NCBI RefSeq assembly: GCF_006345805.1
Contig: NC_043005.1
Coordinates: forward strand, 103,044,001-103,108,000
Reading direction: 5' to 3'
DNA length: 64,000 bases
From: Octopus sinensis
Taxonomy: Eukaryota
Below, piece after piece: positions 13,345 through 25,311 of the stretch (its first letter is position 1; each line of letters opens with the position of its first letter). The notes under the pieces were generated by a model. The model worked only from the letters and a program-made list of their open reading frames with translations. It made no database searches and was not told the origin of the DNA. A program made the position numbers and the translations under genes.

Positions 13345-14470
13345 AAAAGGCTCCTCTCTTAGTTTTTAAGTGCCCCCACCGCACCCTCCAAATTGGTCAA
13401 AATTGTTCTGGAGGGATATGGTGGTGATTAAAAAATCGTGAACTTATGTGGTTTCCTTGATCCGTTTTTTGAAACTCCTCTCTCCACCTCCTTGGAAAAC
13501 ATATTTTGTACAAAACTCTTTATAACCGTAATCTATTCAGTATGAAAGGTAGTTCTATAAAGTTTCATAAAAAAATACCCATTTTCCTGAAAGTTTTTAA
13601 GAAAAACATAGGGTCGTGTGAATTTTCCGAAACTCCGCTCTGCACCCCCTCGGAAACATCTTTCCTATAAATCCCTATATAATCTGAATCTACAGCACCT
13701 AAGCGGGATTTGTGTAAAACTTCGTTGAAAAGTATCCATTTTTCTTGAAGTTTTAGAGGCAACAATCACGAGTGGTTGGTTCACATCAGCAGTTAAGCCT
13801 GAAAACGTTTTGTCGCTCCCAAAGAAGCAGAATCATCTGACTCTTCCGAACTGCTCTCTCGACTTGCAGGAAATGTTATTCACAACAAATTCCAATATGA
13901 CCTGAATCTATAAACTTTCTTCTGTCCAGTAAAATAAGTAATACTTATAGTAATATAAAGTAATAGAGCTTATTACAGTTACACACACACGCACTACACC
14001 ACACACACATGTTATTACGTCTGTCCTTCTTGAAAGCAATGTTTATTTCTAGTTTGACTTACGAAAAGAACTAAATAAAAGTGATATTTCATTTTTCCGT
14101 GTCATTTCAATTAATTTGATCATTCTGCAGATAACTGTGCATTTATTTTCTGAATACGAAATAGGAGTGGGCGAGTCGGTAGTGTTTTGGCTCCTATTTC
14201 TAGCAATTCGCTATACACATACGGCATATCTACACAAGAGTGCCTCACCGAATTTGTTTCTTCATAACTTTAGGGAAAATGAGTATTTTTAAATAAAATT
14301 TTCTACAGTTGTTTCTAATGGTGTAGATTGCCAATATAACGGAATTTGTTGTGAAAAGCCTTTTCTCGCCCCCATCAAAGCAGAATCGTTTGGATTTTCC
14401 GAAACTGCCCCCTCGGCTTTCGAAAAGTATTTTTCACAACAAATTCCGTAATATAAAACAATAGGGTTTG
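13345..14470. repeat. Probable degraded DNA-transposon internal/subterminal sequence
   Basis: Recurrent motifs in both orientations: GAAACTCC (~13472, ~13630), CACAACAAATTCC (~13881, ~14435) and its reverse complement (~14341). No termini or ORF found. Confidence 0.35.
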
Positions 14471-15063
14471 AAATAGGAAAATTATTTCGGACAAATAACT
14501 AACGTCGAATAACGACTTCGGTGGTCAAGCGCTTGAAATATCTTGTTGTCTTGGGGTAGCATATCCATCGAAAGAAGACATGAAAAAACAAAGAGGGTCC
14601 TGGTGTGAATTATAGAGCAGAAGTACTCATGTAATTAAGGTACTGTAATTACATGAAGTTACACATCTCCTTACCTATGAGCAAGCACACGAATGGAAAC
14701 AAATACAGAATTCCTTGAAAATAGCTGCTGAACTCTAAATCCCTTCAAACTGCGTTAGACAGCCACGATGGAACTATTGAAGACAAACTCTCCCAGGAAG
14801 AAATATCCTGACTGAATGGAGGAAAGGAAACTACAACCAGTAATACAAATCGAATTATGCAGAATTGAATATGTGTAGCGGCTCAGAATGTTCTGTTGCG
14901 ATTGTTGGTGTGGATAGGTGAGAATGCTTGGGAAGAATATCCATGAATAACCAAAAAAGAAAGAATATCATTTATTTGTTGTATGGCAGAGAAGTGAAGA
15001 AAGAAAAAAAAAACTGACGTTAACCTCAAGTAGTCTGGAACTAAGAAAAGTGTTCTATTTTGC

Positions 15064-15508
15064 ATCGTCCGGAGCGACTGATAGTCTGGTCCTCGACCAA
15101 AGAATTCTTTTCCTTATTTTGAACTGCAAGTGACCCGTGGAACTAAAAGTAAGGAAGTGGAATAGGAAAACAACAGCTGACCTCATAAAATTCTGATGTG
15201 ATATACGTTAAAGAAAGGGAAACTGTTGTAGTGAAATCTGAGTTACGGTTTATAGATTTTTTTTTGCAATAAATGGACAACCAGACACACACAGACGTTG
15301 TGTTCCATTTTATATCGTCCCGAGCGACTAACTGTCTGGATCGGCACCAAAGAATTCTATTCCTTATCTAGTTTTGATCTGCAAGTAAGCCGTGGAACTA
15401 TTTAAAGTAAGGAAATGATATAGGAAAATGACAGCTGACCTTATAAATTCTGATGTGGTATATGTAATAGAAAGGAAAGATTTTGGAGTAAAATCTAAGT
15501 TACGGTTT
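15064..15508. repeat. Diverged ~250-bp direct repeat pair
   Basis: 15064-15251 aligns to 15314-15508 (ATCGTCC..GAGCGAC..CCAAAGAATTCT..GACAGCTGACC..AGTTACGGTTT). Confidence 0.85.
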
Positions 15509-16212
15509 CTATTCTGAAGCTAGCCAACCAGAAAAGCAAAACTGATCCTCTACAGGTATAGATATCAAACGAATAATAATAAATATAATGCTATTAAAGT
15601 GCAACTTACATTTATTTATCTCCCTTACAGAGGTCATTTATTTTGGAACTGCGTTGTGTGCAACATGTTGGAAAAGGGTCCTTATATGTAATTACCTCCC
15701 TTAGGTAGGTCATACTGCTATTACTGAAAAATAGCAGTAATGTGATTAATGTGGCAAATACCTAATCATATAACAAGAATTGATACCTACCTCATTGTGT
15801 TCAACCATTGATAAATTTATCGCCTGTGAATATGAAATTCCTCTTCATTTCTCTGGAAACTTACATCTACACCATTGGAAATTGTGCATCTATACAAAGG
15901 ATTAATTCACCCTCTCTGTAATGCTAATAAGCAGGAATCGAGACCCACCTCGTTGTGATTAACAATGGATAAATTTGTCTTCTGTGAGTATGTAATCCCT
16001 CATCATATCTCTGGAAATTCATATGTGCTCTATGGATTAGGTCACCTTCTCTGTGATGCTATTAGAACTTTTTTAAAATTCTGTGATAAGACTGTACATC
16101 ATCTTTAAAGAACTGTAATGAACTTTGGAAATCTGTTTATGTTTATGTTACTTAATTATCTACATTACTTCATGAGTATAGCCTCAACCACTAGGATGTC
16201 TAGAGAACTCAC

Positions 16213-16312
16213 ATGTATTTTAGCTGATGAGTACGGGACACGTCTATATGCTGTAATTTTTACAACTTTTAATAAAGCCTGTCCTTGTATGAAACGATTG
16301 TACTAAAAACAT
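16213..16312 (+). ncRNA. Type I hammerhead ribozyme fold (GUA site)
   Basis: Stem I ATGT-A-TTTTAG / CTAAAA-ACAT. Core CTGATGA 16224-16230. Stem II GTAC-GGGACA / TGTCCT-T-GTAT. GAAA 16291-16294. Stem III A-U and C-G around a GATT loop. H17 = A16302. Confidence 0.7.
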
Positions 16313-16377
16313 ATCCATTCTTGTTGCTTCTTTCTCGCGTATATATATATATATATATATGCATGTATGTACGTATA

Positions 16378-16410
<33 letters not shown>

Positions 16411-17104
16411 AATATATGTGTGTATATATGCACAAATATGTATATCAATATAATATATATATATATAAATGTAAGCATATATTCACATGTATATATATGT
16501 ATATTTTATATACACATGCATATATATATATGTATATATATATATACACAGATGTGAATATATGCATACACTACTCTATGGTGTAACGCCAGCGAGTTCA
16601 TAATATGGTTTAAAAGCAATATGGTGGGGGGCTACAATCAGGTTTACCCAATTCGAAACAGTAGACTTTTACCCATCTATACCAAGGGATCAGTGAACTT
16701 CGTTAGATCTTATCCTGAAGTTAGTGACGAAGACAAACGCATCACTATGTAAGGCATGCAGAGGAACCCTTCAGAGTCATTTTGTTTTTGGCCCAGGCCA
16801 GCTTCTTACGGAACCGTAGGGTTCCTCTGGATGCCGTACATGGTAATGCGTGAGTCTTCGTCACATCTTCCTTTATAGCGCAATTTATGCACAAATGTGC
16901 CGTTGGTTTTATGTTCCCTACAGCTCAATAACTTTTTCACTGTAAGTCTCGCAGGGTTTCACAAGATAATACTTATTAATCACATGAAACTCTGTGAAGA
17001 ATAGAGTTTATACCATTGTTGACATTCAACGGCATTATAAGCCATCGTAGGCGCAAGTACATGACGTAAATATACTAAATACATATATGTACGTATCTGT
17101 GTGA

Positions 17105-17860
17105 CTCGTTGGTTTCTTCGTTCTAGATTTACTCAGTAAGAAGCTCCCTTCCACTAGCATTGGCCTCTATAGGGATGACGCGCTAGCGATATCAAGCGGG
17201 GAAAACGACTACACACTAGATAAGCTTAGAAAGAACCTCACCAGCACCATGATTTCCCTTGGACAGAAGGCCACGGTAGAGATCATCCTGTAAACTGTGA
17301 CCTTCAACTTGGAGTCCAGTGTCTATAGACCCTTTGGGAAGCCAAATAAGAAACTATCATGTATTAACACAGGTTCTTGTCATCCAGCCATAGTTTTCAA
17401 GAACCTGGAAAAGGGTGTCAGCAAAAGAATCTCCAACATGTCTTCAAGCAAAGAGATCTTTGATGCTGCTGTACCGTACAAAAATGAGGCGTTGGGCGCC
17501 AGCTGTTTCAAGGATAAAATTAGTCACACGCTAGACCTTAATCCCTCCAAGAGAAGGTATTGTTGTTCACAACACCCTTCTCTTTAAATGTTCATGCCTG
17601 AGTAGGTAAGATTTTCCTTAGTTAATTAGACAAGCACTTCCACCGTACAAATAGTTTTAACAAAGTTCTTAATAGGAACGCAATGAAAATTTCCTTTAGC
17701 GGTGCACGCATTGTAAAGACGATTTTAGTAGTAGGCCGACACCCAAGACAGAGGAATGATACTCATTAGGGATAACACATGTCTACTGAACGGCCACTGT
17801 AAAAGAAAGACCGTCGTATACGAGGCAGAGGCAACAGCAATGGGACCAAATGGGTAACCA
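17105..17860 (+). mobile_element. Penelope-like element fragment (RT palm/thumb to start of the GIY-YIG region), pseudogenised
   Basis: Translates as LVGFFVLDLL..IGLYRDDALAI (YRDD at 17168-17179), ..VYRPFGKPN..SCHPAIVFKN..RISNMSS..EIFDAA and later LNGHCKRKTVVYEA, motifs typical of PLE RT/endonuclease. Contains stops and frameshifts. Confidence 0.85.
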
Positions 17861-18334
17861 AACGCCCCACAAGTCCTCCTTCATCATCCCGGCGAGACGT
17901 AACGCCATAACCTGTATGCCGTTGTCTATGTGTTTATGTGCTATATGACTACACAAATAATATAGTCATACTTGCGAAATATATTAGCAAATTTCACCAT
18001 ATTTGATATCGCACTTTCAACGAGATAAGGAAATTGCAATATAATTTATTAGAAGGCATATATTAGAGAGAGATAATAGAAAATTATGTGACATCGCTAA
18101 ATGATAAATGACAAGTGCTGAAATTCGTTTATCTGCGACTAAAGGGTTTGGAATCAGGAAGTAAAAGGTCGTATCTAAATATTTCAAGAGTTTTCTTCTG
18201 ATAGCTATCTATGCTATGATTCTACGTTTTAAAATAAATTATAAAGATGAGAATCAAAGCGATGGCAAACTAATCCACAAGGCCATATATTTCCAGCGAC
18301 ATTGTTTCAGTTTTAATAGATGACTGATATTAAT

Positions 18335-18480
18335 GCGGCCTGTTGGCTGAATCTTTAGCACGCCGAGAAAAAAGGCTTAACGGTGTTTGTCTGTCCTAAC
18401 AGTCTGAGTTCAATCCGACTTAGATTGACTTTACCTTTAATCCTTCCGAGGTCGATTGGAAAACTGGGGTCTATGTAATG
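18335..18480 (+). mobile_element. Degenerate family A SINE
   Basis: Head, CTGAGTTCAATCC and CCTTTAATCCTTCCGAGGTCGAT are recognisable. Confidence 0.65.
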
Positions 18481-18647
18481 AACTTGAAATCGATATATAA
18501 CTATTATTGTTTATGAAGATCTGGAAAGGATGAAGAGTAAAGCCCACTGCAATGTGATCTCCCCTTTAATATTTGCCCCTGTGTAATATGAATAAGTTTG
18601 CTCTCTTCAAAGGCAGTATATGCATGCATACTTTTTCCTATATGTTT

Positions 18648-18862
18648 TTTAACTGATTCAGTCATTTGACTGCGGCCATGTTAGAGCACCAACTTAAAGG
18701 GGATTTTTAGTCAAAGAAATCCACCGCATTACACATTCTTTGTAAGCTTAATACTTATTCTATTGGTTTCTTCGCTGAACCACTAAGTTACGGCGATGTA
18801 AACACGCCAACATCGGTTGTCAAGCGATGGTGAGGGACAAAACAGAAACAAAGACATGCACG

Positions 18863-18951
<89 letters not shown>

Positions 18952-19058
18952 CATATACATACACGTCAGGCTTCTTTCAGTTTCTCTCTACCAAATCCAC
19001 TCAAAAAGATTTGGTCAGTCCGAGGCTATAGCTGAAGATACATGCCCAAGGGGCCACC
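18648..19058 (-). mobile_element. tRNA-derived SINE family C fragment (internal microsatellite)
   Basis: Reverse complement of the family C body and tail seen intact at 52122-52480 (CAGTCATTTGACTGCGGCCATG, CATCGGTTGTCAAGC, CTATAG..TGCCCAAGG). Confidence 0.75.
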
Positions 19059-19294
19059 AGATTTCTTACCTGCGCCAAGTTAACATTCAAGTATATATAT
19101 ATATATACAAACAAGTAAATATATGGCACAACGAAGTGCCGATATTTACTGGAAATAGCGAACGTAATAATACGACGCTAATGTATAGCTTCACCGCGTA
19201 TGTACTAGCAAAAATGCGTGAGTGCAACAAACTAGAAAAAATTGTCTTACCTGCAGAGAAAACATCTGAAAAATGAAATACCTGGAAAAGGATA

Positions 19295-19374
19295 ATGTGG
19301 GACCTGCGCAGGTTTCAGATTTTTCAAGATATGTCTGCACCCATAAACTTGATCTATCTTCATCAGCCAAACAT
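19295..19374 (-). ncRNA. Type I hammerhead ribozyme fold (GUC site)
   Basis: Minus strand: stem I ATG-TT-TGG / CCA-CAT. Core CTGATGA (19366-19360). Stem II AGAT/ATCT plus TCAAG/CTTGA. GAAA (19316-19313). Stem III lies within the palindrome ACCTGCGCAGGT. C17 = 19301. Confidence 0.7.
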
Positions 19375-19718
19375 ATACCACGACAACATTTCAGATGTTA
19401 CCACATTAATGCCATTACACTCGACTGAAACGCCGAAACGCTAACTGCACGAGAACGGTATATATAAATATTCTTTTATTATTTTATTCGTTTATATATT
19501 TCAGCCTTAAGGCAGAGGCCATGCTGGGCACAGCCAGTGTAATAAGCTTTTATCTGGTCAATTCTATGGGTTTGGCTTTTGGTGAAGGAGGGCCGCTGCC
19601 CTCTTTTGAGATTCCTACTTTGATATTAAGTTATGTGGGATCTGGATAGCAAGAGGTTAAGTTGTTTCTTGAAAACATTTCCTTCCACTCCACATTGATC
19701 CCTCAGATGCTTTTTGGG

Positions 19719-19752
<34 letters not shown>

Positions 19753-19949
19753 TAAACGCTTAAGTAGTTGAATGAATTATCCTAGTATGGATAATTCGGT
19801 TAACCGATACCCGGGTACCAAATTTACGTCAGAAAGCACGGTTGAAGCTACATGCCAGGGGCAGAAATCACGTGCTTTCGTGATTATCACTATGGACTCC
19901 GTGTGGGCAGTCATCTAAAAGTTTTTGTTCGTCATGATGCTGACATAAG

Positions 19950-20046
19950 TCCTTGTCTTTCCTGATGAGAAGACGGCATAATGCACCCTTTATTCCTTCG
20001 GAATTAGAAATATGCAGTCTTCGAAACATATGTCGAGAATAAAGGA
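19950..20046 (+). ncRNA. Type I hammerhead ribozyme (GUC site), unit 1
   Basis: Stem I TCCTT-gtc-TTTC / GAGA-ata-AAGGA. Core CTGATGA 19962-19968. Stem II GAAGAC/GTCTTC (6 bp, G10.1-C11.1). GAAA 20023-20026. Stem III lies in the palindrome ACATATGT. C17 = 20034. Confidence 0.85.
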
Positions 20047-20110
20047 ATTTTGTTAAATCGCCGTTCGACTCCATTCTTTCATTTATATATACATATATAT
20101 ATATATATAT

Positions 20111-20167
<57 letters not shown>

Positions 20168-20390
20168 ATATATATATATATATATACATATATAAACGCT
20201 TAAGTAGTTGAATGAATTATCCTAGTATGGATAATTCGGTTAACCGATACCCGGGTACCAAATTTACGTCAGAAAGCACGGTTGAAGCTACATGCCAGGG
20301 GCAGAAATCACGTGCTTTCGTGATTATCACTATGGACTCCGTGTGGGCAGTCATCTAAAAGTTTTTGTTCGTCATGATGCTGACATAAGT

Positions 20391-20487
20391 TCCTTGTCTT
20401 TCCTGATGAGAAGACGGCATAATGCACCCTTTATTCCTTCGGAATTAGAAATATGCAGTCTTCGAAACATATGTCGAGAATAAAGGA
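20391..20487 (+). ncRNA. Type I hammerhead ribozyme (GUC site), unit 2
   Basis: Same fold. CTGATGA 20403-20409, GAAA 20464-20467, C17 = 20475. Confidence 0.85.
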
Positions 20488-20551
20488 ATTTTGTTAAATC
20501 GCCGTTCGACTCCATTCTTTCATTTATATATACATATATATATATATATAT

Positions 20552-20611
<60 letters not shown>

Positions 20612-20844
20612 CTACAATAGTTAAGATATGCAGTAGATAAGACCCAGGCTACATATAAGTAAGAGACAAGAAATTGCTGTGCACAGGTTTGATATGTAAT
20701 GTGTCGTAGACATCATAAACCAGGAAAAGCATGCACTGGGGGTCAGCATGCCAGAGGTCAAAACAAGTGATTTTCAGTTTCTTTAAGTTGACATATTTTG
20801 TCCTGTCTCGTTTTTGGCCGACCCCCACCATCTTTCTAACCTGT

Positions 20845-21095
20845 GGAGGCGCGTGGCTTAGTGGTTAGGGTGTTAAACTCATGATCGTAAGGTCGTGGTT
20901 TCGATTGCTGAACCGGGCGATGCGTTGTGTTCTTGAGCAAAACACTTAATTTCACGTTGCTCCAGTCCACTCAGCTGGCAAAAATGAGTAATCATGCGAT
21001 GGACAGGCGTCCCGTCCAGGTGGGGAATTTCTACGACACTGAAACCGGGAAACCGGCCCTTATGAGGCTGGCATGGCTCGAGAAGGAAGGAAGGA
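20845..21095 (+). mobile_element. tRNA-derived SINE family B
   Basis: A-box TGGCTTAGTGG, B-box-like GGTTTCGATTGC, centre TTCTTGAGCAAAACACTTAATTTCACGTTGCTCCAGTCCACTCAGCTG, and tail GCGATGGACAGGCGTCCCGTCCAGG. Confidence 0.85.
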
Positions 21096-22722
21096 TCTTG
21101 CTAACCTGTTCTATAATTTCTTCGATTTCTCTTTGAAGGAGATGCGGTCATTCTTTATGAAGCTAGCACGTTGGAAACTAAATCAAGTTTAAATGCCTAA
21201 TTATTAGTTACTAAATCACCATCAAACTACACCCAAAATTTTTCAGAAAATTATTTCCGAAATCGGAGTTTCTGTGGTCATGCTTTCTTGTATATAAACC
21301 GTTTTGGAATAAACGAAAACAATTCAAAAATACATGTATTCGGTACTTTATTTTAAGTTTGTAAGTTAAAATACTGAACCAAAAGCCATGTCTGTATATT
21401 TGAACAAAATATTTCATCGTATGTTATTCTGATTTATTTGGCTGTTGATTAAATTGGTATCAGTAGAATCCATCTCCACTTCTGTACAGCAGCCATGCTC
21501 TGCCTGTTCCGATATGGCAAGTGTAAGGCACAAGAGGGTGTCTATGTCTGCTCACGAGTAAATTGGCATCTATATATCATCTAAATAGGCATCTAATTAG
21601 CTAAGGTACGCTATATTCTTTGCAAGACATACTCGCTCTCCAGTGACGACTGGATGTAATGTACTATACGGCACCGATGAAAATGAACACTATATTTTAT
21701 CTTGTAGGGTTTAGTCACAAGAGTTAGGACATTACCCATAATTAAATTTCAGAGCATCTGAGGAAAGATGCAAGTTATATTTAGATCGGGGAACAATATA
21801 GAAAGTTTGCAGCAGTGTGGACTCGCTAAAGGCATTAAAAAATCATGTAGTATTGTAAAATCGCATGGCGGATTACGACTGCCATCTAATAACAATTAAT
21901 GACCATTCTTTTGAAAAGCACAATATTAAATACACCCATTGGTGATAATGTCATACTACCACTTTAACATTCGATCTTTCTAACAAATTCTCTTGTATTT
22001 GTGATCATTGCGTTCCATTTAGCAAATAAGAAATCGCGATATAGGAAAGAAATCGTAAGATAGAGAAAAGTCTTAGTTAACATTTACTTTTCAGATTCGA
22101 TCAAATATGTTCTTAGTTGAGATATTCGAAAACACACGCAACTTTTTGTGACAAGTAGAATAGATTAGTATAGGATAACAATGGAAACCTATTTAAAAAT
22201 CAATATCACAACAAATATCAAGAGAAGTTATCTTTGAAGTTAACACGCTTAAAATGGTCCATTCGTCTATAAAGACCTGGCCTTTGTTTATATCTTTTAT
22301 CTCATACGATACGCCATATTTTTTCCAGCTACTAAACTTCCGATTTGCAATAAACATGTCTTTTTGGTAAAGACGCTCTTTTCAATGGTTCAAAAAGATT
22401 TGGTGACTTTAAAAGCATTGGTGCGTGTTGGTGTCCGAGTGTTTGTCTGTGAATATATGCGTATATATGATTGTGTGTGTGTGTGTGCGTATGAACGTGT
22501 GCATGCGTGGGTGCGTGCGTGGGTATGTGCGTGTGGGTTTCCTATTGCTCCTCTTTCTATGTTGGTCGCTTTCACCTGTTTTTCTTGTCTACTGGGTTGC
22601 TATTAAATTAATTAATTGATAGTTTGATGTTTCTTTTGTAAGAGATCTAACGTTGTGATATCGCTATGTCATTTGAACGGGCGATATTTGGTATACATAC
22701 ATACACGCATACACACACACAT

Positions 22723-22757
<35 letters not shown>

Positions 22758-22764
22758 CATATAT

Positions 22765-22811
<47 letters not shown>

Positions 22812-23814
22812 TGGGTGTGTATGTGTGTGTGTATTTATATTATATTTAAATATGTACGTGAAGGCACGACTGTATGTAATTTATGTAGTCACATATACAA
22901 AAGGCGTGCAAGCACAAACACATTCACACCCATACGTTTAGATTGCACATATAAGTACACATCAGCAATGGCTAAAATCAATCTCTATATGTACCACGAT
23001 GCATAAATTTTGCGAGATTAAAGTAATGTATTTTATAGATCGGAATAAAGTATGAAGCGAAGCCATTTGATATCAGATATTTAGAATTTTCTAACTCATT
23101 GAGATACCATAATCTCAAGTGGTGTTGCTTAAAATGCACTGTGATTCCGTCAAGCGCAAATACATCAAACAATATTCGTAACTTTTCTTCAGTTTGGGAG
23201 AATAGCCTAGAAAATTAATGGTTGAGAACGTTGTTAAGTAAATTTCGTGAGTATAATACGCAAGTTTCATATTTCTCTGTTTCAATTCCACATTGTTCGG
23301 CATTGACTTCTTTCTCTCTCTCTTTTTTTTCCTCTCTTTTCATGAGAGGGTTTGATCAGTAGGGAAATATGAACATTTTTGTCGTGCAAAATTCCCAATT
23401 TTCAATGGCCAAGTGATAAAATCTTAGTTATATATATCCCAACTGCTCTGGACCATAACATCTGTAGCTAGTTCAATAACAAATTAACTAGATCAGCTAT
23501 ACATCAAAGATGCTGTATGGCATCTAATCATTCCCTACTATCAGAGATGTTAGATTACGATAGATAGGTTATCACTGTTAATTGGAATCTGATTTATGAC
23601 TTGTCATTTGTAGATATTATAACTTATTCTGTAAACAATGTTATTTCCTAATTTCATTTTCTCAACTGGCACATATACTCAGTGATTCTATCATCATAGA
23701 CTTGACCGGTGTTAGGTGTTTATTGATGAAGACATAATAAGGCTGAAATATTTCAGGGAAGGCTTCAGAGTTTGGGAAATGTTAAAAATAATAATTAATT
23801 AATAATGACATGAA

Positions 23815-24285
23815 ATTTTGACGCAAAACCAGCAATTTCGTGTGTGTGGGTAAGTCGATCGCATCGAAGCTAGTACCCGATTGGCACATAATTTATCGAC
23901 CTCAAAAGAGGATGAAAGGCAAAGTCGACATCAACGGAATTTGAACTCAGATCATAAGGACTGACGAAGTGCCGCGAAACATTTTGCCCAGCGTGCTAAC
24001 GAGTCTGCCAGCTGGCCGCTTCATCGTTTGACAACATTAATTATTAATTCCGAATTAAGTTTATGATATTCTTTTCTATTCTAGGCACAAGGTCCGAAAT
24101 TTTGTGGGAGGGGGGTCAGTCGATTACATCGACCCAGTACGCGACTGGTACTTAATTTGTCGATCCTGAAAGGATGAAAGGCAAATTCGACTTCGGCGGA
24201 ATTTGAACTCAGAACGTAAATACAGACGAAATACCGATAAGCATTTCACCCGGCTTCAGTAAGTTCTGTCCGTTCGCCGCCTTGT
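23815..24285 (-). mobile_element. Two adjacent diverged family A SINEs (23815-24020, 24075-24285)
   Basis: Each contains AATTT(A/G)TCGA..AAAGGATGAAAGGCAAA(G/T)TCGAC and AATTTGAACTCAG. Confidence 0.8.
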
Positions 24286-24451
24286 TAGGTTTAAGATATT
24301 ACCTGAATTAGATATATTAGCACTAACGTAGCTTTTATATTTCAAAGTGTACATAATGTTTATACACACACATACATACACATATATATAGATAGATAGA
24401 TACACATACACACTCACACACACATATATATATATATACACACACACACAC

Positions 24452-24515
<64 letters not shown>

Positions 24516-24921
24516 TAAATATATTATATTATAATATATTATACTATATAAAGGAGAGCGTATAGGTGTATGTACATACTTATGTCGTCATGGATATATA
24601 TATATGCTTATGGCTCCGAGACCGTATGCACTCGAGAGGAACGGATTTAATTTTCGAAATATGCGCCCCAAAGAGATATTTCGTTATAAGTTATGAAAGC
24701 GTAGAATTTTCTACGAGAAATAACTCATCTTCCAGATCGCCAGAATTGAATGTTCTTAGAAGCTGCCTTGTTGAACTCATGATAATCTGATTGTGTATAC
24801 GTTTGTGTATATGTGTATGAAATCTCGCCTTATAACTGTTTGTCTAACTTTCTTTCTCTCTTTCTCTGTTTTTACGCTTTTCTCCGTACCACTACATTCT
24901 CTTTCCCTCTTCTCTATATAC

Positions 24922-24995
<74 letters not shown>

Positions 24996-25230
24996 ATGTA
25001 TATATATACATACAAACGTACACAGACTGGGCATGATATATATATAATATGTTTACGTTTGTATGTATGTGTATGCAAGTGTGTAAGGAACTTTATTTGG
25101 GTGATAGAGTCCATAGACCCTTACAAATATCCGCAGCGAATTCAAGAGATACCCGAACATAGAAGAAATAGACTTGATGATATGAAAACATGATCTTCTG
25201 TCTTACGGTCTCACGAGACAATGTCTTATT

Positions 25231-25311
25231 TCACTTCAACGACTTCAATTTCCGGTACTTACTAGCTTTGCAGTGACCATCAACACATCGCAATTACAAG
25301 CATATTCGATG
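25231..25311 (+). pseudogene. Helitron/PIF1-type helicase motif relic
   Basis: Translates as SLQRLQFPVLTSFAVTINTSQLQAYSM, matching the conserved RxQFPvrlafAmTInKsQGQ motif. No surrounding ORF. Confidence 0.65.

Larger units (their letters stand above)
19754..20590 (+). repeat. Tandem dimer of a 441-nt hammerhead-containing unit
   Basis: The unit starts AAACGCTTAAG at 19754 and 20194. The copies are identical except for a 1-nt indel (20391) and microsatellite length. Confidence 0.92.

Noticed and set aside
19868-20587. ORFs overlapping the 441-nt unit (e.g. MESNGDLTKF.., MPGAEITCF..)
   Set aside because: They are short, have no recognisable motif, and the 1-nt indel between copies shifts the frame. 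The RNA fold explains the sequence better.
23955-23995. CTGACGA..GCGAAAC as a hammerhead
   Set aside because: It is a mutated family A SINE head with no stem III U-H and no stem I. Other lone CTGANGA hits (12148, 21757, 23188, 34962, 51589, 53817, 58198, 62616) fail in the same way.
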